DNA of 64,000 bases from Podarcis filfolensis. Taxonomy: Eukaryota. The position numbers and the translations under genes are program-made. Within the stretch, counting starts at the first letter, position 1, and every line of letters starts with the position of its first letter. The stretch lies in assembly GCA_964270895.1 (NCBI GenBank), contig OZ185445.1; one strand, given 5' to 3'. The notes beneath the pieces are model-generated. The model did not search any database, was not told the DNA's origin, and saw only the letters and a program-made list of their open reading frames with translations. Positions 11,031 through 23,437 of the stretch are shown here, piece by piece.

Positions 11031-11558
11031 AAAAGCAATGACAAACCTAGACAGCATCTTAAAAAGTAGAGACATCACCTTGCCAACAAAGGTCTGTATA
11101 GTTAAAGCCATGGTTTTCCCAGTAGTGATGTATGGAAGTGAAAGCTGGACCATAAAGAAAGCTGATGGCCAAAGAATTGATGCTTTTGAATTCTGGTGCT
11201 GGAGGAGACTCTTGAGAGTCCCATGGACTGTAAGAAGATCAAACCTATCCATTCTTAAGGAAATCAGCCCGGAGTGCTCACTGGAAGGACAGATCATGAA
11301 GCTGAGGCTCCAATACTTTGGCCACCTCATGAGAAGAGAAGACTCCCTGGAAAAGACCCTGATGCAGGGAAAGATGGAGGGCACAAGAAGAAGGGGACGA
11401 CAGAGGACGAGATGGTTGGACAGTGTTTTCGAAGCTACAAACATGAGTTTGACCAAACTGCGGGAGGCAGTGGAAGACAGGAGTGCCTGGTGTGCTCTGG
11501 TCCATGGGGTCACGAAGAGTCAGACATGACTAAAAGACTAAACAACAACAACAACAAC
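11031..11558 (+). mobile_element. Bov-B (RTE LINE) 3' fragment
   Basis: Open 163-aa frame TNLDSILKSRDITLPTKVCIVKAMVFPVVMYGSESWTIKKA..; (AAC)n tail; 13-bp TSD aactgtatgagag. Confidence 0.97.
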
Positions 11559-12307
11559 AACTGTATGAGAGCTGCCTTTCCATGGCTTCTTCCCAAATGT
11601 TCTAGGACTATATGGAAACAGGAATCACGTGGGTGGGCTCATGGTGTGGTTCCTTGTACCCACCCGATCATCACCCAGGCAAGAGGCTGGTATTTAGGAA
11701 GAAAGCCACAGATTTGTCTTCTTTGCTGCAGCTGAGTAAGTGGAAATTAAGCCTAAGACCATTGCATGAATTAAAATAACCCACATTGGAATGTTCACTC
11801 ATTTTGCACCGAGATAAAAAATGGTAGCATTTTATCCAGCTTGCCTCCCGTGAATGTATTATTTTTTAAAAAATTAATTCCTCAGACTACTGGCACTATT
11901 GATTTGTTTTCCCTTAATTATTTAACATGAAAAATGCCTGAGCTTTAAACTAGAATAAAGACTGGGGAAAATATTTGCATAAAATAATCATTTTTGAATA
12001 TGTCTTGGATCTCCCTTAATTCTTCTTCTTTTTCTCTCCGCCCCCTCCCCAAATCCTGTGTCAAAATAAATGAATACCATTTAATTCTAACACTGGATTG
12101 AAATATTCTTTTCTTCAGTAATGTTTTAAAATAAATACTTTGTATTGAACACACATATTTTTTACAGTAAATAAATACAACCAAAAGAATATATAAAATT
12201 GACTGAGCTCTTCATGCTGAGATTTTGTAACAGAACAACTCAATTTTCAAATTATGTCAGCAGGATATGTAAATGTATACATATGCAAGGGGGTACAGGA
12301 GGTACTA

Positions 12308-12676
12308 GGGATGCAGGTGGCACTGTGGTCTAAACCACTGAGCCCCTTGGGCTTGCTGATCAGAAGATCGGCGGTTCGAATCCCCATGACGGGGTGAGCT
12401 CCTGTTGCTCTGTCCCAGCTCCTGCCAACCTAGCAGTTCGAAAGCACGCCCCCCAAAAGTGCAAGTAGATAAATAGATACCGCTCCGGCGGGAAGGTAAA
12501 CGGTGTTTCCATGCGTGTTCCGTTGCTCCAGAAGCGGTTTAGTCATGCTGGCCACATGACCTGAAAAAACTGTCTGCAGATAAATGCCAGCTCCCTCGGC
12601 CTGTAAAGCGAGATGAGCGTCGCAATCCCAGAGTCATTTGCGACTGGACTTAACTGTCAGGGGTCTTTTATCTTTA
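12308..12676 (+). mobile_element. Sauria SINE
   Basis: A box tggcactgtgg, B box ggttcgaatccc, degenerate cttta tail; TSD ta(c/t)aggaggtact. Confidence 0.92.
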
Positions 12677-12870
12677 TAGGAGGTACTGATGTACCAAGCC
12701 CAAAAACCAAATCCACAGCTTTTAATTTTTTTTAAAGGTAAATCTCTAGCTCTCCTAGGAAAAAAGTTATGAAGTAAAATATGCAGGAAGCTTCTAAGCA
12801 GTTTTTGGGAGTTTTTGGGCTTAGCTTATTCCTCCCTTGGCTGTTTCTGACCAACGAGTCAGATCAGGTG

Positions 12871-13084
12871 CAGGACCAGCCTACCCATGAGGGAAGGTCA
12901 GGTCACCACCTCGGGCAGCAAGTCCACCAGGCAGCAGACCCCAATGTCTCTTTTTCTCCCTTCCTGCACAAGCAGTTCCTGATGCAGATCTTCCCTGACG
13001 CCATTTTCCCTTGCAGGGAGGAGAGTTGGAGTGGCATCATTTTGGAGTCTGCCTCTGGTGCCAAAAAGTTTTGGGCTTACCCTG
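12871..13084. mobile_element. hAT-like non-autonomous element (family shared with 28380-28719)
   Basis: caggaccagcc..cccatgagg start and gcctctggtgccaaaaagttttgggcttaccctg end match the 28380 copy. Confidence 0.5.
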
Positions 13085-16000
13085 CGGTCTTAAATACCTG
13101 TTGTTTCCTCCTCCCCTTTAGTAGAGCCTTTCTTCTTTTTTCGTAGTCCTGCAATTTGCTCTTCCTCTCCACCACCACCCAGAAATCAGGATACATCTTT
13201 TATGTGGTGGATCTATCTGAGATCAGGGACTCCCTAGAAGTTATTTTCCATAAATACTACTCCATAATAAGTGCATGTGGATGGTAAAGAAGTTTCCATG
13301 GCAAACGCAACATGTTAAAACCTAGCAATGAGTAAATGAGTAAAGGATTACAGCCTAAATTTCACTTTAGGGTTGGCATGAAGCCAAGCTGGGTTCTTGT
13401 GCCATTAACAGTTGTATGGCAGGCCAGAAATTCAACAAGTTAAGCATTTTCTACTATGACTATACAACTATGCAGAAAGCTTCACCTGTTCATATTCTGT
13501 CTGTGGGACAATTTATTATGTGTGCGGCTCCTACTTTATTTTGGGGGTCACCACTGTACTTGCAAATGAGGTGTTGGAGAAAAGGGCTTTTTTCCTAATC
13601 AAAACGCCCCCCCCCCCCGAAGTGGCCATTTGTCCTATTAGGCAAAACTGACACATACATAGTTTGTACAAATATGTCTTTGCTAATCCAGTAAATGGCA
13701 GCTGTGTGTGCGATTTTCATCCGAAAAATAGTGTAAGAGAATGGATTAAATCTCTGTTCCCGGTGCCTTGGATCCGAGGCTCCCTGTTGTCAATGTTTGC
13801 AACCAATCAAAAAACTTCCCTACTTTGGCCCTAAGATAGAAAACAAGGATGGAGAAGAATAAATAAAACTGAGATAGAAAAGTAGTGGGCATGCAGTAAA
13901 ATAATAAGAGAGTTTGCTGATATATTTAATATGAACAATTTAAAAATCCTTAAGTTGGCTATCTCTCTTCTAAAGCTCCAATTCTTCCCCGTTTCCTGAA
14001 AACCACTTGAAAATGTTTTCATGTGCAAAATTACAAATACATCACGAAATGTAATTGGACTGCCAGAATTTTCTGCATATTATTGCAGATAAAATAGAGC
14101 ACGGGGATAGATGGGGGGGTATACTTATCATTCGAGTATTGCACAAGTAATGTCCCATGCTGAGTAAAACGATTCGTTATTATTTGTGTCCTCTCTCTTG
14201 CACTTCTAGAGTTAAACAGCTTCATTATCCCCACTATTTGCCAAACCCTCTGAAGACATTCAGACAGTAATGGTGCATTATCATTCTTACTCATTAAGGC
14301 TAATGGAAAGTTTCTGCTTATGCTGAAATGACATTGGACGAGGACTTAACTAGACATTTCATGCACTTAATAAGGAAATGCAGCTTTGGGAGGCTGTGGT
14401 TCTTAGCTAAGAAGAGACTGGGTCCTCCAGCCACTTCAGATAGTTTATCCTCAGAAGCATTCATCTGGAGCTTCTGGAGGTAAGCATCACCAACCTCTGG
14501 GTGTGTGGTGATCTGAAGTGGAAAATGGCAGGGGGAAGCAGGATTAGTGCCCTCTCCCCCTGTGGATTCTCAACTCAAAAGTGCAGCCTTCTGAAGGTCA
14601 ATTTCCTTATTAAAAGCAGTAACTAGCTAATCTTGTTCTTCCTTGAAAGCCATGGTGAGGTACAACCATCACCAGGGTTGTCAGGAACCAGCGTCAGAAA
14701 TAACTCAGCAGTAATATCACCAGTGTTAGTGAGGTTAACTTTTAATTCAAAACAACGCCAATACTGTAGCAGCTTCAGGTACTGAGATGGATCAGGAAAG
14801 CATTGTAGGAAAGCAGTTCTGTGGTCCTGACCCAATTTGCACCCCTCACTCCATGGCTGCATTAATCATTTAACTACTGCCCTCACCACCAACAGCAAGG
14901 TGATTGAATCACAGGTCTCTCACCTTCTTGTTTATTTGCACCATCAGACTATATGTTGTAAATCTGTGCCTAAACGTAGGGTCGGAAGGAAACAAATGTT
15001 AAGAGGTTGCTATGCTGCAATGCTTTGGGACTTGGGTTACTGAATGAATCAGCAAAACACCAATTTGTCCAGCCTGAAGAGTCAGTTGAAAGTGAAGATA
15101 AGCCCCATAAATAAGATGTTGATAGGCAGGATCATAAATATTGCTGAAACAGCATTTCACAAAGCTTTTCAGAAGCTGCCTGCTTTGAAGCTGCTTATAT
15201 TTGCAATAAACACATTTATGCTTTATTGCTGCTTGGCCCCTACGCTGTAAATATATGTTTACTGCTGTCATTATGGAACGTAAAGGTCATACAAGACACG
15301 CTGCTTTTTAATCCTATTACTTCAAGCTTAAAAACACAGCACAGTAGAACAAATTAAAAATATACAGCCTGAGTGTGTGAAAGGTATTCAGACAAGTTGA
15401 TTGATTAGGTATAAACTGCTGCAATGTGGCAGGCACATTATAAACCTTTTGATGGTACAATTAACTTGACAGTTTTGGGACATGGAAGATGGACATGAAT
15501 TCAGGATGTTGTAACGCTTATGATTAAAAGAAGCTGAGCTGTCTTAATTTCAGGGGAATTTTCAGTAAGTGAGGCCAAGCTACATATTAACATGGAGCTG
15601 TGTGTGTGATTTTGTTCCTCAATGGGTTTTTATGAGGGGGGTGGGGGTGGGAATCCCAGTGGGGTGGTTGGTGAAGAAAGGGACTGCTTTACCCTTTCAC
15701 TACCATGCATCGACTACTCAAGATCGCTGCTGCTGCAACAACTAGGTCTTGGGGCAGATTACAAGTGGACACATTGCAAATTATTTTTCTTTCCATGCAT
15801 GGACCCAGACCAACAGTCCTCAATTGCAGAGCCCTCCTAGACCAGCAGAACCAAGGAAGAGGAGACAGATCCACTCCCTGGTTCTGAATCCTGGAGCCTA
15901 AATCCTGGAGCCTAAACCCAAAGGAGACACTTCTGCCACTAGTCACCATGATGACTAGGTCACAGATTCCTTGGAGGAACAGGAAAGACCTGCAGAGCTT

Positions 16001-18238
16001 TCCCCAGATAAATCCCTGCGGATTGAAATTATGCCATGTGAAAAAAGCCAAATACTTCATCCCGCTGCTGGTCTCTACATCAAGATCCCAGACTCCCTTA
16101 GCAATGGATGCTTTTCCTTTTTGAATTCCCATTTGGAAAAAAGGTCCACACAACTACACAAAATGTTTGGCCTGCAGTAGAAGTCGTCAGCCACCGATGT
16201 TAAAAGGAATTGGCATTTCTGAAATAGGTCAAGCAAACACGGAGCACAATCAAGTAGGAACCTCTCCTGCACAAATTCTACTCGTATCAATGCCTCTTGT
16301 TCAAGTGCATGTTCTGTTTATGTCTTCCTGACTGCTGGAGATGCAAGCACAGGACAAAGTAAGTACGAGACAAGCTCTTCCAATCGTTCCATTGTTGGAA
16401 TAGACTAAAGCACTGAATCATCATCCAGAGCAGGCAATGGAACCAACATGGGGATAGATCTATGGAGAATGGAGAAACCTGTGGTCCTCCAGCTATTGCC
16501 AAACTACAGTTTCCATCAACCCTTGACTGTTGGCCATGGTGGCTGGGCGGATGGGAGCTGCAGTCAAATATATATATATATATTTGTCTGTGCTGACGAA
16601 ATTACATAACTTACATAAATAATATATTACATTGCCATTGTGTTATTCCATCCTATTCATTTCAATCAAAAGGAAACACAATGTGGGAGATAGTAATCAA
16701 TGACATACCATTTGCGGACTGAAAGCAACAATAGCAAATGCTGATTGTATTCTCTGGATTGATTCCTGTTCCAGGTATGGGATGAATAAGCAAACATCGG
16801 TAATTTCTGCTCCACTGTTCTTCACAATTCCCCAATGTGCTGATTTGGAAAGACAATAATTATTTTCTGAGAGCTACAGGTTTAAATTAGGCCTGTTCCT
16901 CCATGCTGAAACCTATGCATGGCACAACATATTATGCCTACAAATAGTATACATTGAAGCCCATTAACTTCCAGTAATGCCACCCATCTTAATGCAGAGG
17001 TCTCTGAAATTAATTTATGACCAAGGAAATAAAATAAACTGAACCAAAACAACCCTGAGAAGATTTGATAAATTGCTGACCATTATCCTCAATGGAAGTT
17101 CCTTTTCAGTATCTCTGCTGGGTGAGGAGAGTCTCTCAGCTGCAAGTAGCCAGGATTGTTACAGAAAAATACTATGATGAGAGTCTTTGTACTAGATAGA
17201 AACATGAGCATTAATAATAATTCACAGTAAGAGAGGGCTAGAAGAAATGGATACTGCGAGGAAATAGCTTAGCCAGACTCTGTCAGGAAGACTGAGGGGT
17301 ATCAGCTTGGGGTTGACACAATGTAAAGTTTATTAAAGACATTAGCCTTTGGAGGCAGCCACTGCTGTGAAGAAATTAAGGTGGCCATCAAATAGGGGCC
17401 TGGAGGATGTCAGGGCCAGCTAAAAGGAAATGTGTTGCTTGAAAACATATGCAATTTCTTTGATGATAAACAGCTGGAAGTAAAAGAGTGGGGAGAGAGA
17501 GATGGGAACCATCTTAGAAGATTCATGTCTTACACAGGCTATTTTCTCTGAGCAAGGAGAGGCCATTTTGTAGAAAACCCATGAGGTAAAACTGTAACCT
17601 TTCAACCTATGTATTGGTTAGAAACTCTCAAGGCATCTGGCATAGAAAGAAAACTTACTGGATAGTTATATCCTTTTCTTTATTGGGGTTCCTACTTCAC
17701 TCCACCAGATTAAACGACAATACTTCTCTGAAAGATGGTTTGCATTTCTAATTAAAAGCCAAATCTTGCATTTCAGCTGGCTGAAGATCCTTTGCTACAG
17801 TACAATGTATTTTACAAGTTAAATTTGTTCTGTAAACATCTATTCTGTTGTCAGCTGATCCTAATAAATGGGTATTTTGCTGTCATACACTGTGGGTGTG
17901 TAGACACAGCTGCCTGCAGTTTGGACTCTTTTTGGAGGTGTTGCTATGGGGGATAAACTCCTGCATTGTTGAAGTGGGAGAAAAAAATGAAGTCGGGTAA
18001 TTCATCCAGGCTCAGTTACATGAACCGGAGAAGAAGTGGGATGGTTATAGGTTCACCACCCAAACAAACAACAACAAAATGGGATGGCAGCCCAGCACAC
18101 TCCAAGAACTGATGGAAGCACTCCTGGTGCACGTTAACTTTTAAAGGACTGAATTGTGATTGCTTCTCACTCTTGGATGAGGAATGAATTGTGATTCTAC
18201 CTGTGTGCAGTACAGGTTTACTTAATTAGGGGCTAGGA

Positions 18239-18371
18239 CAGTGTTTCCCAAACTTGGGACTCCAACAGTTTTTGGACTACAACTCCCATCATCCCTAGCT
18301 AGTAGGACCAGTGCTCAGGGATGAGAATCGTAGAGCAAAAACAGTTAGAGACCCAAGTTTTGGGGAAAATG
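18239..18371. mobile_element. hAT MITE (ggactacaactcccatcatcc core)
   Basis: TIR cagtgtttcccaaactt; TSD ggctagga / ggctagat. Confidence 0.75.
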
Positions 18372-18389
18372 GGCTAGATGTTTAGGCTA

Positions 18390-18750
18390 AGGCTGCAATC
18401 CTACATGCACTTACTAGGGAGTACGTCCTGTTGAGTTCAGTAGGATTTAAAAGGTAAAGGGACGCCTGACCATTAGGTCCAGTCGTGACCAACTCTGGGG
18501 TTGCGGCACTCATCTCGCTTTATTGGCCGAGGGAGTCATGCGGTACCTATTTATCTACTTGCACTTTGACGTGCTTTCGAACTGCTAGGTTGGCAGGAGC
18601 AGGGACTGAGCAACGGGAGCTCACCCCGTCACGGGGATTCGAACCACTGACCTTCTGATCGGCAAGTCCTAGGCTCTGTGGTTTAACCCACAGCACCACC
18701 CGCATCCCTTCAGTAGGATTTACTTTTGAGTAAACATTGCTAGGATTGGA
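18390..18750. mobile_element. Short palindromic MITE-like repeat split by a Sauria SINE
   Basis: Ends ggctgcaatcct / taggattgg; same family as 8609. Confidence 0.55.
18449..18708 (-). mobile_element. Sauria SINE (short variant, internally deleted)
   Basis: Tail aaggtaaagg and head with B box; 13-bp TSD ttcagtaggattt. Confidence 0.92.
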
Positions 18751-19905
18751 AATGTTATGAAAGAGGATTCCACCCACTGCTAAATCACTTGGGTGCAATT
18801 GTTCTGCTCTGAAATGAAGCCTCAGCGATGAAATGAAAGGTCTCCCTGGTGAACACAGGTAATTAACTCTGGCTGTCAGCAAGCTATCACAGTTTGTACA
18901 TTCTTTAATTCCTTCCTTTATAGAACCCAGCCCCTGTATTTCTACTTCATTTGAAACTGGAGTGACCATTATGTTTCTAGCACAAAGAGCAAGCACCATG
19001 ACTCAAGCAACCCAATCCATAAACCGGTTAAGTGCAGAAACTGGGATGTGTCAATTGAGTCCCATATAGGCTAGATCAGTGTTACCAGTGTAGTTACTCA
19101 TTCTGGCTGCAAGCCACAAGCCATTGAAATCAATGAGACTACTCTGAAGTGCATTGGTCTTTTGTTTGAAACCCCAAAGATGATTAGCAGAGGAAGCCTC
19201 CTGGCATAATTGGACAATCTATGCAAAAATGAGAATGAAGCATCCTTAAAACATGTCAGTAATCACAGAAAACTGCTTTTGAGCAGAACCAAGAATTATA
19301 TTCCACTCTTCCCATTTTGCTGAAAATAGGAAAATCCTTGTTGTGTCTTTCCCTTTTGCATTTTTCTAATGTAGTGTAATATTTCTCTGATTATCTCTGA
19401 TTTTCAATTTGTAGTCAAGTTGTAGAAAGTGTGATTTAGCATGCATTGCTCATATGCCCCTACCTGGCTGTAAAAATGCACCAGGCAGGGCAACCTAGTC
19501 AACCTCATATAACAAAAAACGACACCAGTTTCAGGGCACAATTCCTTCGCAGAGATTCCCCGAAGCCTAGAAAGCTTCATTGGCTTAACATACTCACGTT
19601 AACACACACAGCTTCATGGTTACTGTTGACATGCATGTACCACCATCACCCATCTCCCCGATAACATTTGGTAAAACAAACACAAAAGATGGCATTGCTG
19701 CATTAAACATTGCATTGAGCACTCACAGTTTTCACCGGCAGATTAGTACTTGCAGGGTTAGATTCAGCACAAAGAAGTCATGCCACAGTTTTCGTAACCA
19801 AATACTACTAGAGAGACATGAACCCAGGAATGGGGTGGGATATGGGTCAGGGGCAATCACACCTACAGACCTAGGTTTGTAGCCAAAGCTGCTGTTCTGC
19901 CTATG

Positions 19906-20385
19906 TGTCAGGAGGCTGGCAGCGACTCCTGGCTGGTGGCCCAGAAAAGGAAAGATAAGGGAAAGATTCTTACCGTCCTTTTTTATTCAGTAATCACAGA
20001 GAGAACCCAGCCTCTTGGATAATGGCATTGTCCCAAGTGAACCTCCACCCCCGTCTCTCCCACTTCCTCATTCTTCATTTCTATGGGTGCTTCTACGTGC
20101 CCTCTGTCTTTGAGCTCTTTGCTCTCCTACTTTCAAGGCACGCCGGGTTCTAGGAAAGGGGGAGTCTTGAATGCTTTCTAGTGACATTGTGTCAGCCAGC
20201 TGTTGCTCTGGCTCTGTCTGCTCCTCCTCTCCCATTATTTCCCAACTTTCCCCCTCATCTGCCTCTGAGCTGCGGCCTCCCTCAAACCCCGTTGTAAATC
20301 TATATTGTCTTCCTCTTCCTCCTCCCTGGAAGGGCCAGGAGGATGAGACGGTCTCCACCTTTCCTCCACTGCCCAGTCCTTGACA
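19906..20385 (-). mobile_element. Solo LTR, 480 bp, with internal ORF
   Basis: Ends tgtcaagga / tcctgaca on the minus strand; AATAAA at 19982-19987; frame open from base 1 to TGA at 20068. TSD not clearly preserved (cctatg / cccata). Confidence 0.75.
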
Positions 20386-20398
20386 CCCATAGAAGTGA

Positions 20399-20722
20399 TG
20401 AGCCAGTGTGGTGTAGTGGTTAAGAGCGGTAGTCTTGCAATCTGGTGAACCGGGTTCATGTCTCCGCTCCTCCACATGCAGCTACTGGGTGACCTTGGGC
20501 CAGTCACACTTCTCTGAAGTCTCTCAGCCCCACTCACCTCACAGAGTGTTTGTTGTGGGGAAAGAAGGGAAAGGAGAATGTTAGCCGCTTTGAGACTCTT
20601 TAGGGTAGTGATAAAGCGGGATATCAAATCCAAACCCTTCCTCTTCCTCCTCCTCCTCCTCCTCCTCCTCTTCTTCTTCTTCTTCTTCTTCTTCTTCTTC
20701 TTCTTCTTCTTCTTCTTCTTCT
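20399..20722 (+). mobile_element. Squam3-type (MIR/Ther1-related) tRNA SINE with (CCT)n/(CTT)n tail
   Basis: gagccagtgtggtgtagtggttaagagcgg head, MIR-like core tgggtgaccttgggccagtcac, long pyrimidine tail 20637-20722. Confidence 0.85.
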
Positions 20723-21287
20723 ATGCAACAGGCTTCTGCAGCGTCTGTATGCACCCTCAAATTCTGCTTCATATTTATTTCTTAATATTGTAGATGCAGA
20801 AAATGATGTATACAATCTGTACTTTACTCAGTCACAGTCATGGCTATAGTTATGATTTCCCCTCACTTTGATTGATTTTTACATTATATTGACTCCCCCC
20901 CCCCCCGTTATTTTGTCAAAAACTTATCAACACACACACATTAAAAATTCTGCTTCTGATGTTTGGGGAACCTCTAGAGAAGATTTTGGGTGTGTGGGGG
21001 GGGGGGAGATGAGGGGAAGAGGAAGTCCCATTGCAGGATTTGGTCAGCACTGGATACAACCCCTAATGTAATTGGAAGAGAACTGGGATTTGGTTTTTAG
21101 TAAAAATATTCAAACTCCTATTTCCGTGGGAAAAATAAAGATTTATAGAATAAAAGGAAAGACATTCAGAAACCCCTTTAGCCACCTCAAAACTGAGATG
21201 AGCGCAACAAAACTCCTGCATAACCATCTTTTTAAAGATAAATTTATTTTCTCAGTTGATGGAGAATAGCAGGGGGGAATGAAGAAT

Positions 21288-21332
<45 letters not shown>
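21288..21332. repeat. (TG)n microsatellite
   Basis: Direct reading. Confidence 0.95.
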
Positions 21333-21335
<3 letters not shown>

Positions 21336-22290
21336 CAAAACCCTGTCCGGGACTGAATTCAAGGCTAAAGAAAGAACCTTTTTCCACAGTGGTGGTGATT
21401 CTGAGTCTCATGGGAGTGGATTTGACATATCACAAACCACTTTAGTTGAGGATCTGCTCACTGTTTTCGTTAGCTAATTGATGTGCTTCCAACATGCAGG
21501 AAAATAGATGTTGCAATTATTGTACTTGACATTTTACACGTGGGTCCATGGCTTTCCCCTCTTCTGCCTGTAAGTTGGTGAAATCATGTATGAATAACTC
21601 CTATTTCAGTGGGGAGAAAAATCATAGATTTATCAACGCATATCAAATTTCCCCCAAAAAACTTGCACACATGCAGACTTTTGTGAGAGCTAGTGGATGT
21701 GATTTCTGTTTGAACAGCAAGCTCTTCGGGTTTGATTTTTAATTAGGTGCTCATCCAGTTGTACATCATATTTGCAGAATATTGATAGTGGAAGGAATGA
21801 TTGAATCGTGGCTTTAGTATTTTAAAAAGCCATTCTTTGCACTTTTTGATTATTATAGGGGGCAGAAAACTGAACTTCACTTCTGCATTAAGATGCAGAA
21901 ACATCATTTTCTATATATCTGGGGAATATACTCAGTACTCTTTTTGTTAAAAGAAAGCCTTTGGCAGAGCAGAACACACTGTATCAAGCCAATGTCACAA
22001 ATTATAGGGTACACCTCTACTTCATTACAGCACATTCTCCAATAGACAGATGTTTTCCAAGGGGTATGGAACATGCTCTCAGCGGAAGGCAAAGAGTGTC
22101 AGATATGATAAAGACCCTCTGTTGCTCTATGTAGTATCTGCATAGCCTCTTTACAAAATAATATTTCCATACTTTTAAAGCTGCTATTTTTCTAAAAGTA
22201 TAGGAAGAACTAAAATCATAGGGGAAATAAACCTATGTTACTATTCATCAGAAATATATATCCAGTGTTTCTCCAAATGTATAAAAATTA

Positions 22291-22292
<2 letters not shown>

Positions 22293-22328
<36 letters not shown>
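22293..22328. repeat. (GA)n microsatellite
   Basis: Direct reading. Confidence 0.95.
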
Positions 22329-22330
<2 letters not shown>

Positions 22331-22344
22331 TCTAATTAGCTCAG

Positions 22345-23195
22345 GTTTTTTTTTTTAAAAAAATCTAAGCTTCTTCCTCTTCTTTTTTCCCCCACCCTCC
22401 CAAAGAGGAGAAAGAAAGAAGGAGGGTGATTGTTGGGTCAAGTTAGCCATATTGAAGCGTATGCTGTCGGTGGATCCTTGTTGTTGTCTTGTTGGGCTGT
22501 GTATGTGATAAAGGGGAGCCATACTGGAGTCTTCTTCTGTTTGTCCTCATGTCAGTTTCAGTTTACTGCTTAGCTTTTCTAATAAGGCTGTTTCCTATAC
22601 AATTTGATACCAGTGGTCCACGTTTACTCCTGACAGGTCTCTCTGGGGTCTGGCTATGATGCTTCTGACTGCTGAGAGTAGGTGGGTTATGAGCTCTTTA
22701 TACTGTGAGTGGGCATTATTATCTTGGAAGATGATGATGAAGAAGAAGAGTTCACTACCTGAAGAAGTTTCAAAGTGGCTAACATTCTCCTTTCCCTTCC
22801 TCCCCCACAACAAACACTCTGTGAGGTGAGTGGGGCTGAGAGACGTCAGAGAAGTGTGACTAGCCCAAGGTCACCCAGCAGCTGCATGTGGAGGAGCGGA
22901 GACACAAACCCGGTTCACCAGATTACGAGTCTACCGCTCTTAACCACTACACTACACTGGAAGATGTTCAGTAGGTCCAGTCTGGGGTTGACTTCTAATA
23001 TCTGTTTAGTTATTTTTCATATTTCTTGTATGACTGCTGTCCAGAAGAGTTGAATTTGGGGACATTTCCATCACATGTGGAGGTATATGCCTGTGGAAAT
23101 GCAGCCTCTCCAGCATTTTGGTGAGGTTCCTTGGCATATCAGTGCCAGTTTCCATGCTGTTAGGTACCATCTGCCAATGAGTCTTTTATTTTTGG
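22345..23195 (-). mobile_element. L1 LINE 3' fragment (ORF2 Cys/His knuckle and C-terminus), split by a SINE
   Basis: Minus translation RWYLTAWKLALICQGTSPKCWRGCISTGIYLHM*WKCPQIQLFW...LLNIFQDNN..; frame rejoins once the SINE and one TSD copy are removed. Confidence 0.85.
22734..22960 (-). mobile_element. Squam3-type SINE inserted in L1
   Basis: Reverse complement matches the 20399 copy; TSD tggaagatg at 22725-22733 and 22958-22966. Confidence 0.88.
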
Positions 23196-23295
23196 CTGAG
23201 ATGGATCTAAAGGGGGATTTGGGCCACATGTAGACTGACTATGTTGGGGTTTAGAAAGGACAGTGAGTCAGAGACAAAGTATTGCTGAATAAGGC

Positions 23296-23437
23296 CAGGA
23301 GTGTGGGGAATCTTTAGCCTACCAAAGGTTGCTGAACTACAGCTCCCATAAACCCAGGCCATTGGGCATGCTTGTTGGGGGTGATGGTAGTTATAGTTCA
23401 GTTGCATCCTGGTGGGTCAAAGGTTACCTATATCTGT
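23296..23437. mobile_element. hAT-type MITE (gaactacagctccc core)
   Basis: Internal inverted symmetry and core shared with the 18239, 27255 and 56085 copies. Confidence 0.55.

Noticed and set aside
11016-11513. Antisense ORFs over Bov-B (also 8673-9095 and 63177-63737)
   Set aside because: Shadow frames of the RT coding strand.
20578-20815. Poly-E, poly-R and poly-F ORFs
   Set aside because: Translations of the (CTT)n SINE tail.
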